Shown: piece after piece, positions 1-10,245 of the stretch
How positions within the stretch are numbered: position 1 is the first letter of the stretch
Layout: every line of letters starts with the position of its first letter
Notes under the pieces: generated by a model
The model's input: only the letters and a program-made list of their open reading frames with translations
Databases searched by the model: none
Told to the model about the DNA's origin: nothing
Assembly: GCA_041746575.1 (NCBI GenBank)
Contig: JBGTGT010000054.1
Coordinates: 1-64,000 of the forward strand
Source of the DNA: Microcystaceae cyanobacterium
GTDB lineage: Bacteria > Cyanobacteriota > Cyanobacteriia > Cyanobacteriales > Microcystaceae
Length of the DNA stretch: 64,000 nt
Reading direction: 5' to 3'
Made by a program: the position numbers and the translations under genes

Positions 1-122
1 TTTTTCGACTCATTGAAAGTTAATCATAGTTTATTCTGATTTATTTTAGGATAAAGCGAGTCCTTTCTTTCCCATCCGCCTCCAATCACTGGAAAACTGT
101 TCTTGACATCTACTTTATTCTC

Positions 123-284
123 TTAAGTTGTCACGAATGACTGTTCATTGGTTATTGCAACAAAACGAGTTTCTCATTGTTGTTCATCTTGTAATTCTGC
201 GAGAAATCGAGCCGCAATTGCGTCTTGTTGCTCAGGAGAGCGGTTTTCAATTTCAGCGATTAATTCTGGTAGTAATTCGGTCAT
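123..284 (-). pseudogene. Small cyanobacterial hypothetical (antitoxin-like) gene with an internal nonsense codon
   Basis: Manual translation from ATG 284: MTELLPELIAEIENRSPEQQDAIAARFLAELQDEQQ*ETRFVAITNEQ. The TGA at 174-176 sits where I recall Trp in similar small proteins (..DEQxWExRF..). Family recalled from memory. Confidence 0.55.
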
Positions 285-347
285 GTTTAATCAATAGAAT
301 TTTTAGTCTTTTTTGACAGCTTCAGCTTATACATACTCAACCCGTTC

Positions 348-376
348 CGGTTCACCCCTACAGGCGTGGGGAATAC
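348..376 (-). CRISPR. Solitary 29-nt type I-E-like CRISPR repeat (no array, no cas genes in window)
   Basis: Minus strand GTATTCCCCACGCCTGTAGGGGTGAACCG: 29 nt, CCCCAC/GTAGGGG hairpin with one mismatch, 3' GTGAACCG handle like type I-E repeats. No second copy at the expected ~61-nt spacing on either side. Confidence 0.7.
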
Positions 377-387
377 GTACTTCTTGA

Positions 388-420
388 TTTCCTGCTAAAA
401 AATAACTCTTGAGCAGGAAA
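388..420. repeat. Inverted repeat/hairpin between the solitary repeat and tRNA-Thr
   Basis: TTTCCTGCT (388-396) ... AGCAGGAAA (412-420). Confidence 0.4.
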
Positions 421-510
421 ACGTATCCTTTGTTAGTTATTTTGTATCTATTTTGGTTCATTTAAACTGTTTTAGACAAATAAGTCTGAATGTACATCTG
501 CAATAATAAA

Positions 511-583
511 AGCCTACCAAGGGACTTGAACCCTCGACCTACGCATTACGAGTGCGTTGCTCTACCAACTGAGCTAGGTAGGC
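511..583 (-). tRNA. trnT: tRNA-Thr(CGT)
   Basis: Reverse complement GCCTACCTAGCTCAGTTGGTAGAGCAACGCACTCGTAATGCGTAGGTCGAGGGTTCAAGTCCCTTGGTAGGCT forms a cloverleaf; anticodon loop CTCGTAA. Confidence 0.96.
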
Positions 584-668
584 ACGTTTTTAATCATAGT
601 CTTTATGATACCTTAAGATCAATCCCTCGTGAACGGCTCTTTTTTTATTAAGGCAAAAATTAACATTA

Positions 669-947
669 ATGACTAATAATCCTGAAAATCGTCCTTCTAA
701 TCATTCATCTCTCCCACCCGAGAAATATGCTCGCTTAAAAGCTGAAGCACAAGCCCCTTATAAAGGCTTACGCCTCTTTTTTTATATTGCTTTTGGGGCA
801 TCTGGCTTTATGGGTGCAGTGGTTTATTTAGCGAAGTTAGCCTCTGGACACATCGATAGGGCAACATTGCCAAATTTTGCCTTACAATTAGGAGTCGTTG
901 CTCTGATGGTGTGGTTATTTCGCTTAGAACAAACTCAAAAGAATTAG
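669..947 (+). CDS. DUF3493 family small membrane protein
   Basis: 92 aa; RLKAEAQAPYKGLRLFFYIAFGASG motif; two TM helices. Confidence 0.8.
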   Translation: MTNNPENRPSNHSSLPPEKYARLKAEAQAPYKGLRLFFYIAFGASGFMGAVVYLAKLASGHIDRATLPNFALQLGVVALMVWLFRLEQTQKN

Positions 948-976
948 AGAAAAAATAAACATTTTTTATTAGCATA

Positions 977-1765
977 ATGAATCAAATTATTGAATTAGAT
1001 ATTATTGATTTGGGGTGGGCTTTAGGATTAATTGGGATGGCGATCGCTTTGTCAAAATGGCAAGGATTAGCTTTAGAAGGACAGTTGATTTTAGCCACTG
1101 GAAGAGCCATTCTACAATTATTAGTAATTGGTTATATTATCGCTATTATTTTTGAGATTGATAACTCGATTGCTGTCTTGTTAATACTGGGAATTATGGT
1201 GACGATTGCCGCAATTGTTGCCCGAAATCGTATTGATAAAAAGTCAAAAAAACTACTACCTATTGTTTGGGGTTCAATTTTTATAAGTTGTTTATTAACG
1301 CTTAGTTATGTTCTCACTTTCTTGATTCAACCTCGCCCGTGGTATTCTCCTCAATATTTAATTCCTTTAACAGGAATGTTATTTGGCAATGCCATGAATG
1401 GTGCGTCTTTAGCAGGAGAAAGGTTATCGAGTTTGATTCGTCAAAATTACCGAGAGATCGAAACTTACTTAAGTCTAGGAGCGACGCCCAAACAAGCAAT
1501 TATTACTTATCAAAAAGAAGCGATTCGTATTAGTTTGATTCCGACTTTAAATCAAATGATGGTAGTAGGTATTGTCAGTTTACCCGGAATGTTTACGGGG
1601 CAAGTTTTGGCAGGAGCTGATCCTTTGAATGCGGCTTCTTATCAAATTCTAATTCTTTTTATGATTGTCGTCGTTAATTTGTTAACGGCTATTTTGGTCA
1701 CCGAAGGCGTTTATCGACGTTTTTTCAATCAGTATTTTCAATTAATCTTATCGATTGAATCCTAA
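977..1765 (+). CDS. UPF0014/FetB-type ABC transporter permease
   Basis: Hydrophobic; RAILQLLVIGY, PQYLIPLTGMLFGNAM, VGIVSLPGMFTGQVLAG motifs. Confidence 0.88.
   Translation: MNQIIELDIIDLGWALGLIGMAIALSKWQGLALEGQLILATGRAILQLLVIGYIIAIIFEIDNSIAVLLILGIMVTIAAIVARNRIDKKSKKLLPIVWGSIFISCLLTLSYVLTFLIQPRPWYSPQYLIPLTGMLFGNAMNGASLAGERLSSLIRQNYREIETYLSLGATPKQAIITYQKEAIRISLIPTLNQMMVVGIVSLPGMFTGQVLAGADPLNAASYQILILFMIVVVNLLTAILVTEGVYRRFFNQYFQLILSIES
1040..1047. repeat. HIP1 octamer GCGATCGC (one example; many copies across the window)
   Basis: Also at 2709, 5297, 16088, 23940, 28054 and many other sites; hallmark of cyanobacterial genomes. Confidence 0.9.
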
Positions 1766-1819
1766 AAAGGCATTCATAAGGAGTAAAATTGAATAATTAT
1801 TGCTCTATTTTACTAAGAT

Positions 1820-3103
1820 ATGAACCCAGAACAATTAATTGATTTGTCATTAAAATCGGGGGCATCCCATGCTGAAGTGTATCAATCTCGCGCCTTTTCC
1901 CGTCCTGTTTTTTTTGAAGCCAATCGCTTAAAACAACTGGAAAGTTCTCAAAGTGAAGGAGTCGCCTTAAGAATTTGGTATGATAATCGGCCAGGGTTAG
2001 CAGTTGCTTATGGAGAAGTGCCGCCAGAAACCTTAATTGAAAAAGCATTTGCCCTTTCTGCCCTAAACCCCCCAGAGATTCCCGAATTAAACTCATCTAG
2101 CCCCGTTATTTCATCGCAAAAGCAAGAAGGGGAAATCCTTCCGTTAGAAACGCTTATTGAGATGGGAAAAAGGGCGATTTGCCAACTGCGAGATGCCTAT
2201 CCAGATATCCTCTGTAGTGGGGAATTTGAATGTGAAATTGATACCACTTTTCTTATGAATTCGTTGGGATTATATGGCGAATATGCAGACATTTCTACTC
2301 ACTATTACCTAGGCGTTGAATGGATTCGGGGAGAGGATTTTTTGGGGGTTTATGATGGAGAATGTACCCAGCATCAACCTCAACCAGAGAAGATCGTTAA
2401 ACAGCTATTAAAACGATTAGAATGGGCGCAAACAAATAGCGATTCTCCAACGGGCAAAATTCCAATTTTATTCACAACAAAAGCCGCAAAATTACTGTGG
2501 CGAACAGTTGCTGATGCACTTAATAGTAAGCGAGTAATTGAAAACGCTTCTCCTTGGAGTAATCGCCAAGGTGAACCCGTTATTTCTTCCCAGATTACCC
2601 TTTTTCAAGACCCCAATGTAGTTCCTTATAACTGTCCTTTTGATGACGAAGGAACGGCTAGTCAATCCCTTTCTCTAATTACCAATGGGGTTTTAAAACA
2701 ATTTTATAGCGATCGCAAAACGGCTCGTCAATTAAATTTAGAAAGTAGCGGCAATGGTTTTCGGTCTGACCTTGGAACTTATCCAACCCCTAGTTTAATC
2801 AATTTGATGGTTAATCAAGGTCAAGGCGATTTAGAGGCTCTAATTTCGACGCTAGATGAAGGTTTAATTATAGATCAAATTTTGGGCGGAGGAGATGATA
2901 TTTCGGGCGATTTTTCAGTTAATATTGATTTAGGATATCGAGTAGAAAAGGGACAAATCACCGGACGAGTTAAAGATACTATGGTAGCGGGTAACGTTTA
3001 CGCTGCTCTCAAACAAGTTAGGCAATTAGGAGAAGATAACCGTTGGCAAGGTTCTTGTTACACCCCTTCTTTGATTGTAGAAGGATTGTCTGTAGTAGGT
3101 TAG
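1820..3103 (+). CDS. TldD/PmbA family protein
   Basis: PFDDEG motif; SGNGFR; SGDFS..LGY.VEKG.I.GRVKDTMVAGN C-terminus. Confidence 0.9.
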   Translation: MNPEQLIDLSLKSGASHAEVYQSRAFSRPVFFEANRLKQLESSQSEGVALRIWYDNRPGLAVAYGEVPPETLIEKAFALSALNPPEIPELNSSSPVISSQKQEGEILPLETLIEMGKRAICQLRDAYPDILCSGEFECEIDTTFLMNSLGLYGEYADISTHYYLGVEWIRGEDFLGVYDGECTQHQPQPEKIVKQLLKRLEWAQTNSDSPTGKIPILFTTKAAKLLWRTVADALNSKRVIENASPWSNRQGEPVISSQITLFQDPNVVPYNCPFDDEGTASQSLSLITNGVLKQFYSDRKTARQLNLESSGNGFRSDLGTYPTPSLINLMVNQGQGDLEALISTLDEGLIIDQILGGGDDISGDFSVNIDLGYRVEKGQITGRVKDTMVAGNVYAALKQVRQLGEDNRWQGSCYTPSLIVEGLSVVG

Positions 3104-3255
3104 TGGGTTAATCTAACGTGCCTTTAATCTTCATAATTAAGTTAGAAATAGGTTTCTCTTTCATCATGAGATACATCTTAAAATTATTCTTGATTCCCGA
3201 AAACAAAAGACGCTGTATTTCATTGACAAAAGGACTGCTTTATTGAAAGTAAAAA

Positions 3256-3804
3256 TTAGAGGCGAGGACGCAATTCAATCACTTTTTCTTTGATGGTAAC
3301 GTCATAATTTTGGTAGAAAGTTTGTCCCAGTAAGCCTAAACTCATCGGATGGGAAGGATTAATAGAAACGGGTAAGTTTCTGACTACAAATTTACCTGAA
3401 GCAGCACTATTAACCTGTCCAATACCAATAGGAACAACCCCTCCTGCCGTCTGAGAATAAGCCGTTTTTTGGGTTTTAACTCCAATCGATTCTGCCATAT
3501 CAGTGGTAATCATAATCCCACTTGCTCCCGTATCAAATAGCATTTCAAAAGTTTGTTTGCCGTTGAAGGTAATATCTACCGTTGGAATCCCACTGACGCG
3601 CCGTTTAATAGGGATTTGAACGACGTTTTTGTTGGAACTGGCAGAAGTAGAGGGGGAGGAATTTCCGTGGCATAATCCTCCTAAATCGATGCTTTGGCCA
3701 TTACTTCCCTGCATATAACAGTTTGACTGAGCATGAAGGGGAAAAAAGGGAGAAAAAAGTATCAATCCAGTCGTGCTTAAGAGTATGCAGAGAGGGAATT
3801 TCAT
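3256..3804 (-). CDS. Secreted retropepsin-like (clan AA) aspartic protease
   Basis: FDTGAS catalytic motif and GLLGQ; signal peptide from likely ATG 3804 (ORF open to 3837); Cys-pair N-terminal module CYMQ...IDLGGLC. Confidence 0.85.
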   Translation of the reverse strand: MKFPLCILLSTTGLILFSPFFPLHAQSNCYMQGSNGQSIDLGGLCHGNSSPSTSASSNKNVVQIPIKRRVSGIPTVDITFNGKQTFEMLFDTGASGIMITTDMAESIGVKTQKTAYSQTAGGVVPIGIGQVNSAASGKFVVRNLPVSINPSHPMSLGLLGQTFYQNYDVTIKEKVIELRPRL

Positions 3805-3924
3805 GATCTGAAAAACTCCATTGAGAGTAATTATCATTCAGTATTCCCATCAGAAAAAAAGAATTGACATTAATGCCCAAAATTCCGTAATTCTACGCAT
3901 CTAAAACGATTAAAGTAGATAAAA

Positions 3925-6900
3925 TTACTGAGAATGGATTTGTGTTAACTTAGCCTTTACCCAGTTCTCATCAAAAATCGTTCGATAAATTTGATTATGA
4001 ACAGTTAGATAATTATCTTGTTGACATATTAATCCTGATAGACATAGCTCTTGATCATCTAAATTATCAGAAAATTTCACCCTATCTTGACTTAATATTT
4101 TTTGATAACGTTGTAAAAGAGTAGCAGAATTTTGACTTTTAAGGATTCGATTTTGAATAGTGCGCAAATGCTCTGGCTGATCTTGTGCTTCCCAATTTAA
4201 AATAATATTTCGATAGATTAAATTTTTAATCCATGTTATTTCGTCATCTTCAGATTCTACGAAAGAAAGCTGACGAAGCAATTGAAAAACTTTTTGTGTT
4301 AAAAAAGGCTGTCCGTTGGTCCAAAGTAAAACTGTTTTTAAAACCATTTGAGGATGACGGACTTGTTCAGTTAAACCCTGTAATAAAGGCTGTGCCTCGT
4401 CTTCTTTGAATCCTTCTAATTGAATTTTTTGTCCAATATTAAAAGGTGTTGTCTTCAAATTTGATATTAAGTCCGAAGGTGTCGCTACCCCAAATAAAGC
4501 AAAGGTTAGACGCTTATAATTATGATTAATAAGACGCTGATTATAGCAGGAGCGAATTAAGGCAAAAAACTCATTAGTCGAAAATTTTAAACCTAAAACA
4601 CTATCAATTTCATCTATTAAAATAATTAATTTAGGTTTTTTATCTCCTTCTTGATAGCCAATATTGCCTAAAAGAATATCTTCAATAAATTGGCTCAGTT
4701 TTTGTACAGGGGAAATATCTATTTTTTGATTCCACCACGTTTGAAAATCGACTTTTTTTCTGAGTCCAAAATTGCGTAATAAATCAATGGCTAGTCCTTT
4801 GTACCACTGTTCAATACTGGCATTCTCTCCCCCTATACGAGTTAAGTCAATGGCGGCACAACAATATCCTTCTTGCTGGAAGTAGTGCATCATGCGTCCC
4901 ATTAAACTCGATTTTCCCATTTGACGAGGGTTCAAAATATAACAAAATTCTCCTTTTTTTAAAGCTTTATAAAGGTAACGATCGGCTGAACGAACGACAT
5001 AAGTCGGTGCGTCAATGGGAAGGCTTCCCCCCACTTGATAATCGAAATAAGAGGGATATTCAGCACTTTTTAATAAACTATTTTCAAACTGGAGTTTTGC
5101 CTGAGTTGCTTTGAGAACTTCTAAGGTTTGAGATAGTTCATAGGTGCGTTCTTTTACTCTCTGTTCTAGGGTAAGATTAGCTTCAGCTAATTGATTTTTA
5201 GCGCGTTGTAAAGCAGTATTCTTGCGTGTTAATTCTTGGGTAAATCGTAATCGTTCAATTTCAATTGATTTTCGTTGAGTGATATCTTGAAAAGCGGCGA
5301 TCGCATAAATAACATTGCCTCGCTCATCAAAAATAGGAGTTGCCCAAACTTCCAACGGAAGAATGCTATTATCTCGATGAATTTCTAAATCTTCTACCGT
5401 TATACTTTCCCCTTTTAATGCTCTTGCGATCGGTTGTTTTTCACTGGGATATAATTGATTTGTTCCCGAACAATAGGCTTGATAAACTTCAGGCAGTTGT
5501 TGAACCGAGATGCCTATTTTAATCTCTTGTCCAAGTAAATCTTGTGCCATTTGGTTAGCATAGTAAACTGTACTATTCGCATCTAAAACAAAAATACCGA
5601 CGGGAACGGCTTCTAAAAGTTGCGCTAATTTTTGTTCACTTTCTCGCAAAGCCATCTCTGCTTGTTGGCGTTCTTGGATTTCTTGTGTTAATTGAAAATT
5701 AAGCTGTTTCATGTTACGATAAAGTTGAGCATTTTTGATTGAAATTGCGGCTTGTGCTGATAGGATTTTCAAAACCTCAATATGATTTGACGTAAACGCT
5801 CCTACGATCAAATTATTTTCTAAGTACAGAATTCCCTCAAGTTCTCTTTGATTATGAAGGGGTAAGCAAAGAATGGATTTAGCTTGAGTGTGTTGAATAT
5901 ACGGATCTTGAGTAAAATTTCCTTGATGGGTTGCATGGTCTAAAACAACCGTTTCTTGCTTGCGTATAACATAGTTAACAATTGATGTTGATACGATATC
6001 ATTAAAATGTTGACAATTTTGATCATCCGTACAAGACAACACCGTAATTATATTATCTTGAATCGTCGCTTCTGCACCAATAATCCAGCGTTCGACTTGA
6101 CTCGAATCAGGTAATAGTAGAAAGCCTCTTTGTGCGCCAGCATTTTCAATAACGGTGGTCATTAAGCGATTTAATAAGTTATCCAAAACGATTTCTTCCG
6201 CTAAAGTTTGAGAGGCTTTAATTACAGTGATTACATCAAAAATATTTGTTTGCTTAGTGGTTGTTGAATCAATATTATTACGCTGAATTTCGCTTCCTTG
6301 ATGATTAAGGTATTCTAAAAAGAATGAAGAATATTGGTCTTGTAAATGTTCAACTTTACGCTTTGCACCCCACCGTTGATAATCATATAAAGCTTCTTTA
6401 AAATAGAGTTTTGCAATTTTTTTATTGCCTCTATTTAGCCAAAATTTTGCGGCTAGTTCGTTGGCTAATGCTTGATGATGAATAAATTCATTCTCTTGAG
6501 CTGCTTCAATTGCTTTATCGTAAAGATCAATGGCTTGAAGTTCTCTTTGATTAATACGAGCAATTTCTGCTGATATGAGTAAATATTGATGATAGTAGTT
6601 TTCAGAGCAGTTTTGTGACCAACGTTCAAATTTGTCTTGATAGGTCTGCAGAATTTTTTGATATTGCTTTTGTTTATTAATATCTGAATCTAAATATAAA
6701 GCTGTTAAAATAAGACTATGATAAAAGTAATATTCTGGATAAGTAATCGTTCCTTTCATAAATTCAATGGTTTTCTGATTTTCTTGTGCCATGGATAAAG
6801 CATCTTGATAATTATTGTAAATATAAAAAACTTGGGTTTTTAAGGTTTGATAAACACACACACCTGACAGAAACGAAGTATTTTGCCACATTGCCAAGGC

Positions 6901-9900
6901 GTCTAATTCATTAAACTTTTCATCACTTAAAGAAAATATTGTTTCTGTTTTGCCTTGTAAATTAAAAATAAAATATCGATAAAGTTCTTGTAATTTTGCG
7001 AAGACATGATTACGGGTTGTTTTTAAAAAGTCAGTGAATTGATTAGATTCCTGCAATATGCTCTCAAAATCATTTCCTGATGCCAATCGCTGTAAAATAA
7101 TATTCGAAGAACTATAACTGGCAAATACATCACCAATTTCTGCTCCTACTTGATAACTTTTTTTAAGAATAGCAATATTGGATTTTAAAGATTGTTTCCA
7201 TAATCCGACTAAATTCCCAAAAGTTGATAAAGTTTTACATACTAAATTTCGGTCGTTATATTTCTCTACTAATGCCAAAGAAAGCAAACCAAATTGATAA
7301 CCAAATTCATAATCATCTAACCGCCAAAACGCAACAAAACTCCAAGCGGTATAACCATAAGAGGACATAGCAGAATTGCCATATTGAATAGATAAATTAA
7401 CCATTTTTAGGGCAAATAATGCAAAAAAATCTTGATTTGTAAAATAAGCAGGACCAATCGCATTTAAAAGTAATTTCATACAAGCTACGATTGCGGGATT
7501 TTCTATTTCTGGTGCTCGAATCAATTCAGAGATATTAATTTCTTGAAGGCTAAGAGCGTATTTTTCTAATTCTTTGGTAAATTCATCTAAAATATCTTGC
7601 TGAGTATCTCTAGGAATATTAATATCAAATAATTTTAAACTTTCAATACACAAGTTAACGCATTTCTCAAATTTTCCTGTATTATCGTATAAAGCTAATC
7701 GTACACTTTGAATTTCCGCTTTTTCTAGATTTGACTTTGTCTTAGTTAGTAGAAAATCGAACATTTTTTCTGCTTCTTCAAAATCACCACAAAGGTAATA
7801 GCATTCTGAACATTCCTTATATAAATTAAAAGCAAGATGATAGTGAATTTGCCAACTTTTTTCTGAAAGAAACGCTGTTCCCTTTTTAAAATATTTTAAA
7901 GCTGTTAAGTAAGCGGTTGAACTTTTTGCTTTTTGGCCGGCTTGTAAGTTAAGTTTAGCTAATTCAAAACGCTCGTACTGTTCGACAATATGGGGAGAAC
8001 CTTCATTTAAGTGATTAACAATATCAAAAATTCTGTCTGCTAACTCTTGAGTGTTCACTTCGTTTTTTAGCAATCTACCAATCTTAAGATGAATTTTTTG
8101 TTTTTGAGTATCAGAAATCAAGGTATATGCTGATTGTTGTACCTTATCGTGTAAGAATTTATAATCAAATTTAAACTGTTTTGCTAAATTATTGATATTA
8201 TGAGAGCCGAGGGTTAAAGGAATTTTATAACTATCACTTAAAGGAATAATAAGTCCTTGCTGTAGACAAGGCCAAAGGTCAATTGCTGTTTGTGCTAAAG
8301 ATTTATTATAAATAACCGATAAAGTGTGCAAATCAAATGGGTTACCAAGACAGGAAGCAAGTTGTAATAATTCTTGTGCTGTGGAATTAAATTTTTGAAT
8401 TTTTTTGACCATCAAATCAATAACATTTTCAGTAATATCACACGTTTTAATGATTTGAACATCCCATTGCCAATCATTCACATTATCATCAAAATATATA
8501 AATTGGTCGTTATAAAGAGTCTGCAATAACTGGTTTAAAAAGAAAGGATTGCCATTGGTTTTTCTCCGGCACACTTCTGCTAACGGTTGAATATCTTCTT
8601 CTTGGCAATGAAGTGTATCTGTTAGTAAATGTCGCACATGAGAAATATCTAAAGAGTGAACGGAAATCGTCTCAATTATTGGGTTTCTCTGACGAATTGC
8701 GTCTAAGGTTAACATTAAAGGATGGGAAGAACTCACTTCGTTATCCCGATAAGCTCCAATTAATAATAAATACGATCTATTCTCTGCAGTCATTAATAGT
8801 TGAATTAAGTTTAAGGAAGCAGAATCGGCCCACTGTAAATCATCTAAAAATAAAACTAAAGGATGCTCAGGTTGAGTAAAGACTTTAATAAAATCTTGGA
8901 AGACTAAGTTAAAGCGATTTTGGGATTCACTAGCATTTAATTGCAGTACAGGGGGTTGCTCTCCAATAATTAATTTTAACTCTGGAATGACATCAATTAT
9001 AATCTGAGCATTGACCTTTAATGCGGTTAATAATTTATCTCTCCATTTTCCAATATTTTCAGAATTTTCCGTTAATATTTGGCTCATCAAATTCCGGAAT
9101 GCTTTAAGCGGTGCAGCATAAGGAATATCTCTTTGATATTGGTCAAATTTTCCGCTAATAAAAAATCCTCTGTTCTCAACAATGGGTTTGTGAATTTCAT
9201 AGACAATTGATGATTTACCAATACCTGAATACCCTGTAACTAATACCATTCGAGTTGCTCCTTGACTGACTTGAGCAAAAATGGTGATAAGGGTTGTTAC
9301 TTCCTTTTCTCGACCATAGAGCTTTTGGGGAATTTGTAATTGATGAGATAAGTCTTTTTGAGCAATGGGAAATAAAAGAATCTGACCCGTATTTGTTAGT
9401 TGGTTAAGACAAATTTCTATATCTTTTTGCAATCCTAATGCAGTTTGGTATCTTTCTTCTGCTGTTTTAGAAAGCAACTTGAGAATCATTTTAGCGATAA
9501 CTTCAGGAATTTGCGCATTATAGGACTTTGGTGAAATAGGCATTTTAGCAATATGACAATGAATGAGTTCCATCGGATCAGTTGTCTGAAAAGGAATAAC
9601 TCCTGTCAACATTTCATAAAACGTAATTCCCAAAGAATAAAGGTCTGTCCGATAATCAATTGAACGATTCATTCGCCCTGTTTGTTCAGGAGATATATAA
9701 GCCAATGTCCCTTCAAGTAAATTGATATGATGAGGATTTTGCCGTTCTTCTAATAAAGTGGAGACACCAAAGTCGGCAATTTTAACTATCTGATTGATAG
9801 GATTAATAATAATATTAGAAGGATTAATATCTTTATGAATAATTTTATGATGATGAATTTCTGCCAAAGCTTTTGTTAAGTCAATTGCAATTCTCAAAAA

Positions 9901-10215
9901 GGTTATTAAGTCTAATGTTTGATACGACAAAAAGTTCTTTAATGATTCTCCTCCAAAATCTTCAAGAATGAGTGCTAGTCCATTATTATACTTTTTTAAC
10001 CCAAGGGCTTTAACGACGCCTGATAAGCGCAATTGCTTCATGATTTTATATTCGTGGCGAAATCGAACGATGTCTTTGATATCGGGGTAATCTGCCTTTA
10101 AAATTTTTAAGATGACTAATCGTTGATCTTTTTCTCTCATTCCCCGAAAGGTGACTGTTTTGAGATCTTCTGCGATGGTTTCTCTGACTTGATAACCTTT
10201 AAGCGGATGGCTCAT
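3925..10215 (-). CDS. Giant Ser/Thr kinase - AAA ATPase - helical repeats - GAF - PAS - coiled coil - C-terminal AAA-35 ATPase
   Basis: Kinase [28 protein letters not shown]-loop GYSGIGKS and [13 protein letters not shown] ([22 protein letters not shown]); PAS ([21 protein letters not shown]); second P-loop YQVGGSLP...RQMGKSSL...IDEIDS. Likely ATG 10215 (ORF open to 10227). Confidence 0.9.
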   Translation of the reverse strand: MSHPLKGYQVRETIAEDLKTVTFRGMREKDQRLVILKILKADYPDIKDIVRFRHEYKIMKQLRLSGVVKALGLKKYNNGLALILEDFGGESLKNFLSYQTLDLITFLRIAIDLTKALAEIHHHKIIHKDINPSNIIINPINQIVKIADFGVSTLLEERQNPHHINLLEGTLAYISPEQTGRMNRSIDYRTDLYSLGITFYEMLTGVIPFQTTDPMELIHCHIAKMPISPKSYNAQIPEVIAKMILKLLSKTAEERYQTALGLQKDIEICLNQLTNTGQILLFPIAQKDLSHQLQIPQKLYGREKEVTTLITIFAQVSQGATRMVLVTGYSGIGKSSIVYEIHKPIVENRGFFISGKFDQYQRDIPYAAPLKAFRNLMSQILTENSENIGKWRDKLLTALKVNAQIIIDVIPELKLIIGEQPPVLQLNASESQNRFNLVFQDFIKVFTQPEHPLVLFLDDLQWADSASLNLIQLLMTAENRSYLLLIGAYRDNEVSSSHPLMLTLDAIRQRNPIIETISVHSLDISHVRHLLTDTLHCQEEDIQPLAEVCRRKTNGNPFFLNQLLQTLYNDQFIYFDDNVNDWQWDVQIIKTCDITENVIDLMVKKIQKFNSTAQELLQLASCLGNPFDLHTLSVIYNKSLAQTAIDLWPCLQQGLIIPLSDSYKIPLTLGSHNINNLAKQFKFDYKFLHDKVQQSAYTLISDTQKQKIHLKIGRLLKNEVNTQELADRIFDIVNHLNEGSPHIVEQYERFELAKLNLQAGQKAKSSTAYLTALKYFKKGTAFLSEKSWQIHYHLAFNLYKECSECYYLCGDFEEAEKMFDFLLTKTKSNLEKAEIQSVRLALYDNTGKFEKCVNLCIESLKLFDINIPRDTQQDILDEFTKELEKYALSLQEINISELIRAPEIENPAIVACMKLLLNAIGPAYFTNQDFFALFALKMVNLSIQYGNSAMSSYGYTAWSFVAFWRLDDYEFGYQFGLLSLALVEKYNDRNLVCKTLSTFGNLVGLWKQSLKSNIAILKKSYQVGAEIGDVFASYSSSNIILQRLASGNDFESILQESNQFTDFLKTTRNHVFAKLQELYRYFIFNLQGKTETIFSLSDEKFNELDALAMWQNTSFLSGVCVYQTLKTQVFYIYNNYQDALSMAQENQKTIEFMKGTITYPEYYFYHSLILTALYLDSDINKQKQYQKILQTYQDKFERWSQNCSENYYHQYLLISAEIARINQRELQAIDLYDKAIEAAQENEFIHHQALANELAAKFWLNRGNKKIAKLYFKEALYDYQRWGAKRKVEHLQDQYSSFFLEYLNHQGSEIQRNNIDSTTTKQTNIFDVITVIKASQTLAEEIVLDNLLNRLMTTVIENAGAQRGFLLLPDSSQVERWIIGAEATIQDNIITVLSCTDDQNCQHFNDIVSTSIVNYVIRKQETVVLDHATHQGNFTQDPYIQHTQAKSILCLPLHNQRELEGILYLENNLIVGAFTSNHIEVLKILSAQAAISIKNAQLYRNMKQLNFQLTQEIQERQQAEMALRESEQKLAQLLEAVPVGIFVLDANSTVYYANQMAQDLLGQEIKIGISVQQLPEVYQAYCSGTNQLYPSEKQPIARALKGESITVEDLEIHRDNSILPLEVWATPIFDERGNVIYAIAAFQDITQRKSIEIERLRFTQELTRKNTALQRAKNQLAEANLTLEQRVKERTYELSQTLEVLKATQAKLQFENSLLKSAEYPSYFDYQVGGSLPIDAPTYVVRSADRYLYKALKKGEFCYILNPRQMGKSSLMGRMMHYFQQEGYCCAAIDLTRIGGENASIEQWYKGLAIDLLRNFGLRKKVDFQTWWNQKIDISPVQKLSQFIEDILLGNIGYQEGDKKPKLIILIDEIDSVLGLKFSTNEFFALIRSCYNQRLINHNYKRLTFALFGVATPSDLISNLKTTPFNIGQKIQLEGFKEDEAQPLLQGLTEQVRHPQMVLKTVLLWTNGQPFLTQKVFQLLRQLSFVESEDDEITWIKNLIYRNIILNWEAQDQPEHLRTIQNRILKSQNSATLLQRYQKILSQDRVKFSDNLDDQELCLSGLICQQDNYLTVHNQIYRTIFDENWVKAKLTQIHSQ

Positions 10216-10245
10216 AATATGTATCAATTAAGTATTAAAAAAATG

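Noticed and set aside
128..316. 62-aa plus-strand ORF
   Set aside because: Antisense shadow of the minus-strand pseudogene at 123-284; no recognisable motifs.
348..376. A full CRISPR array or CRISPR-Cas locus
   Set aside because: Only one repeat copy is visible and there are no cas genes in the window; reported as a solitary repeat.
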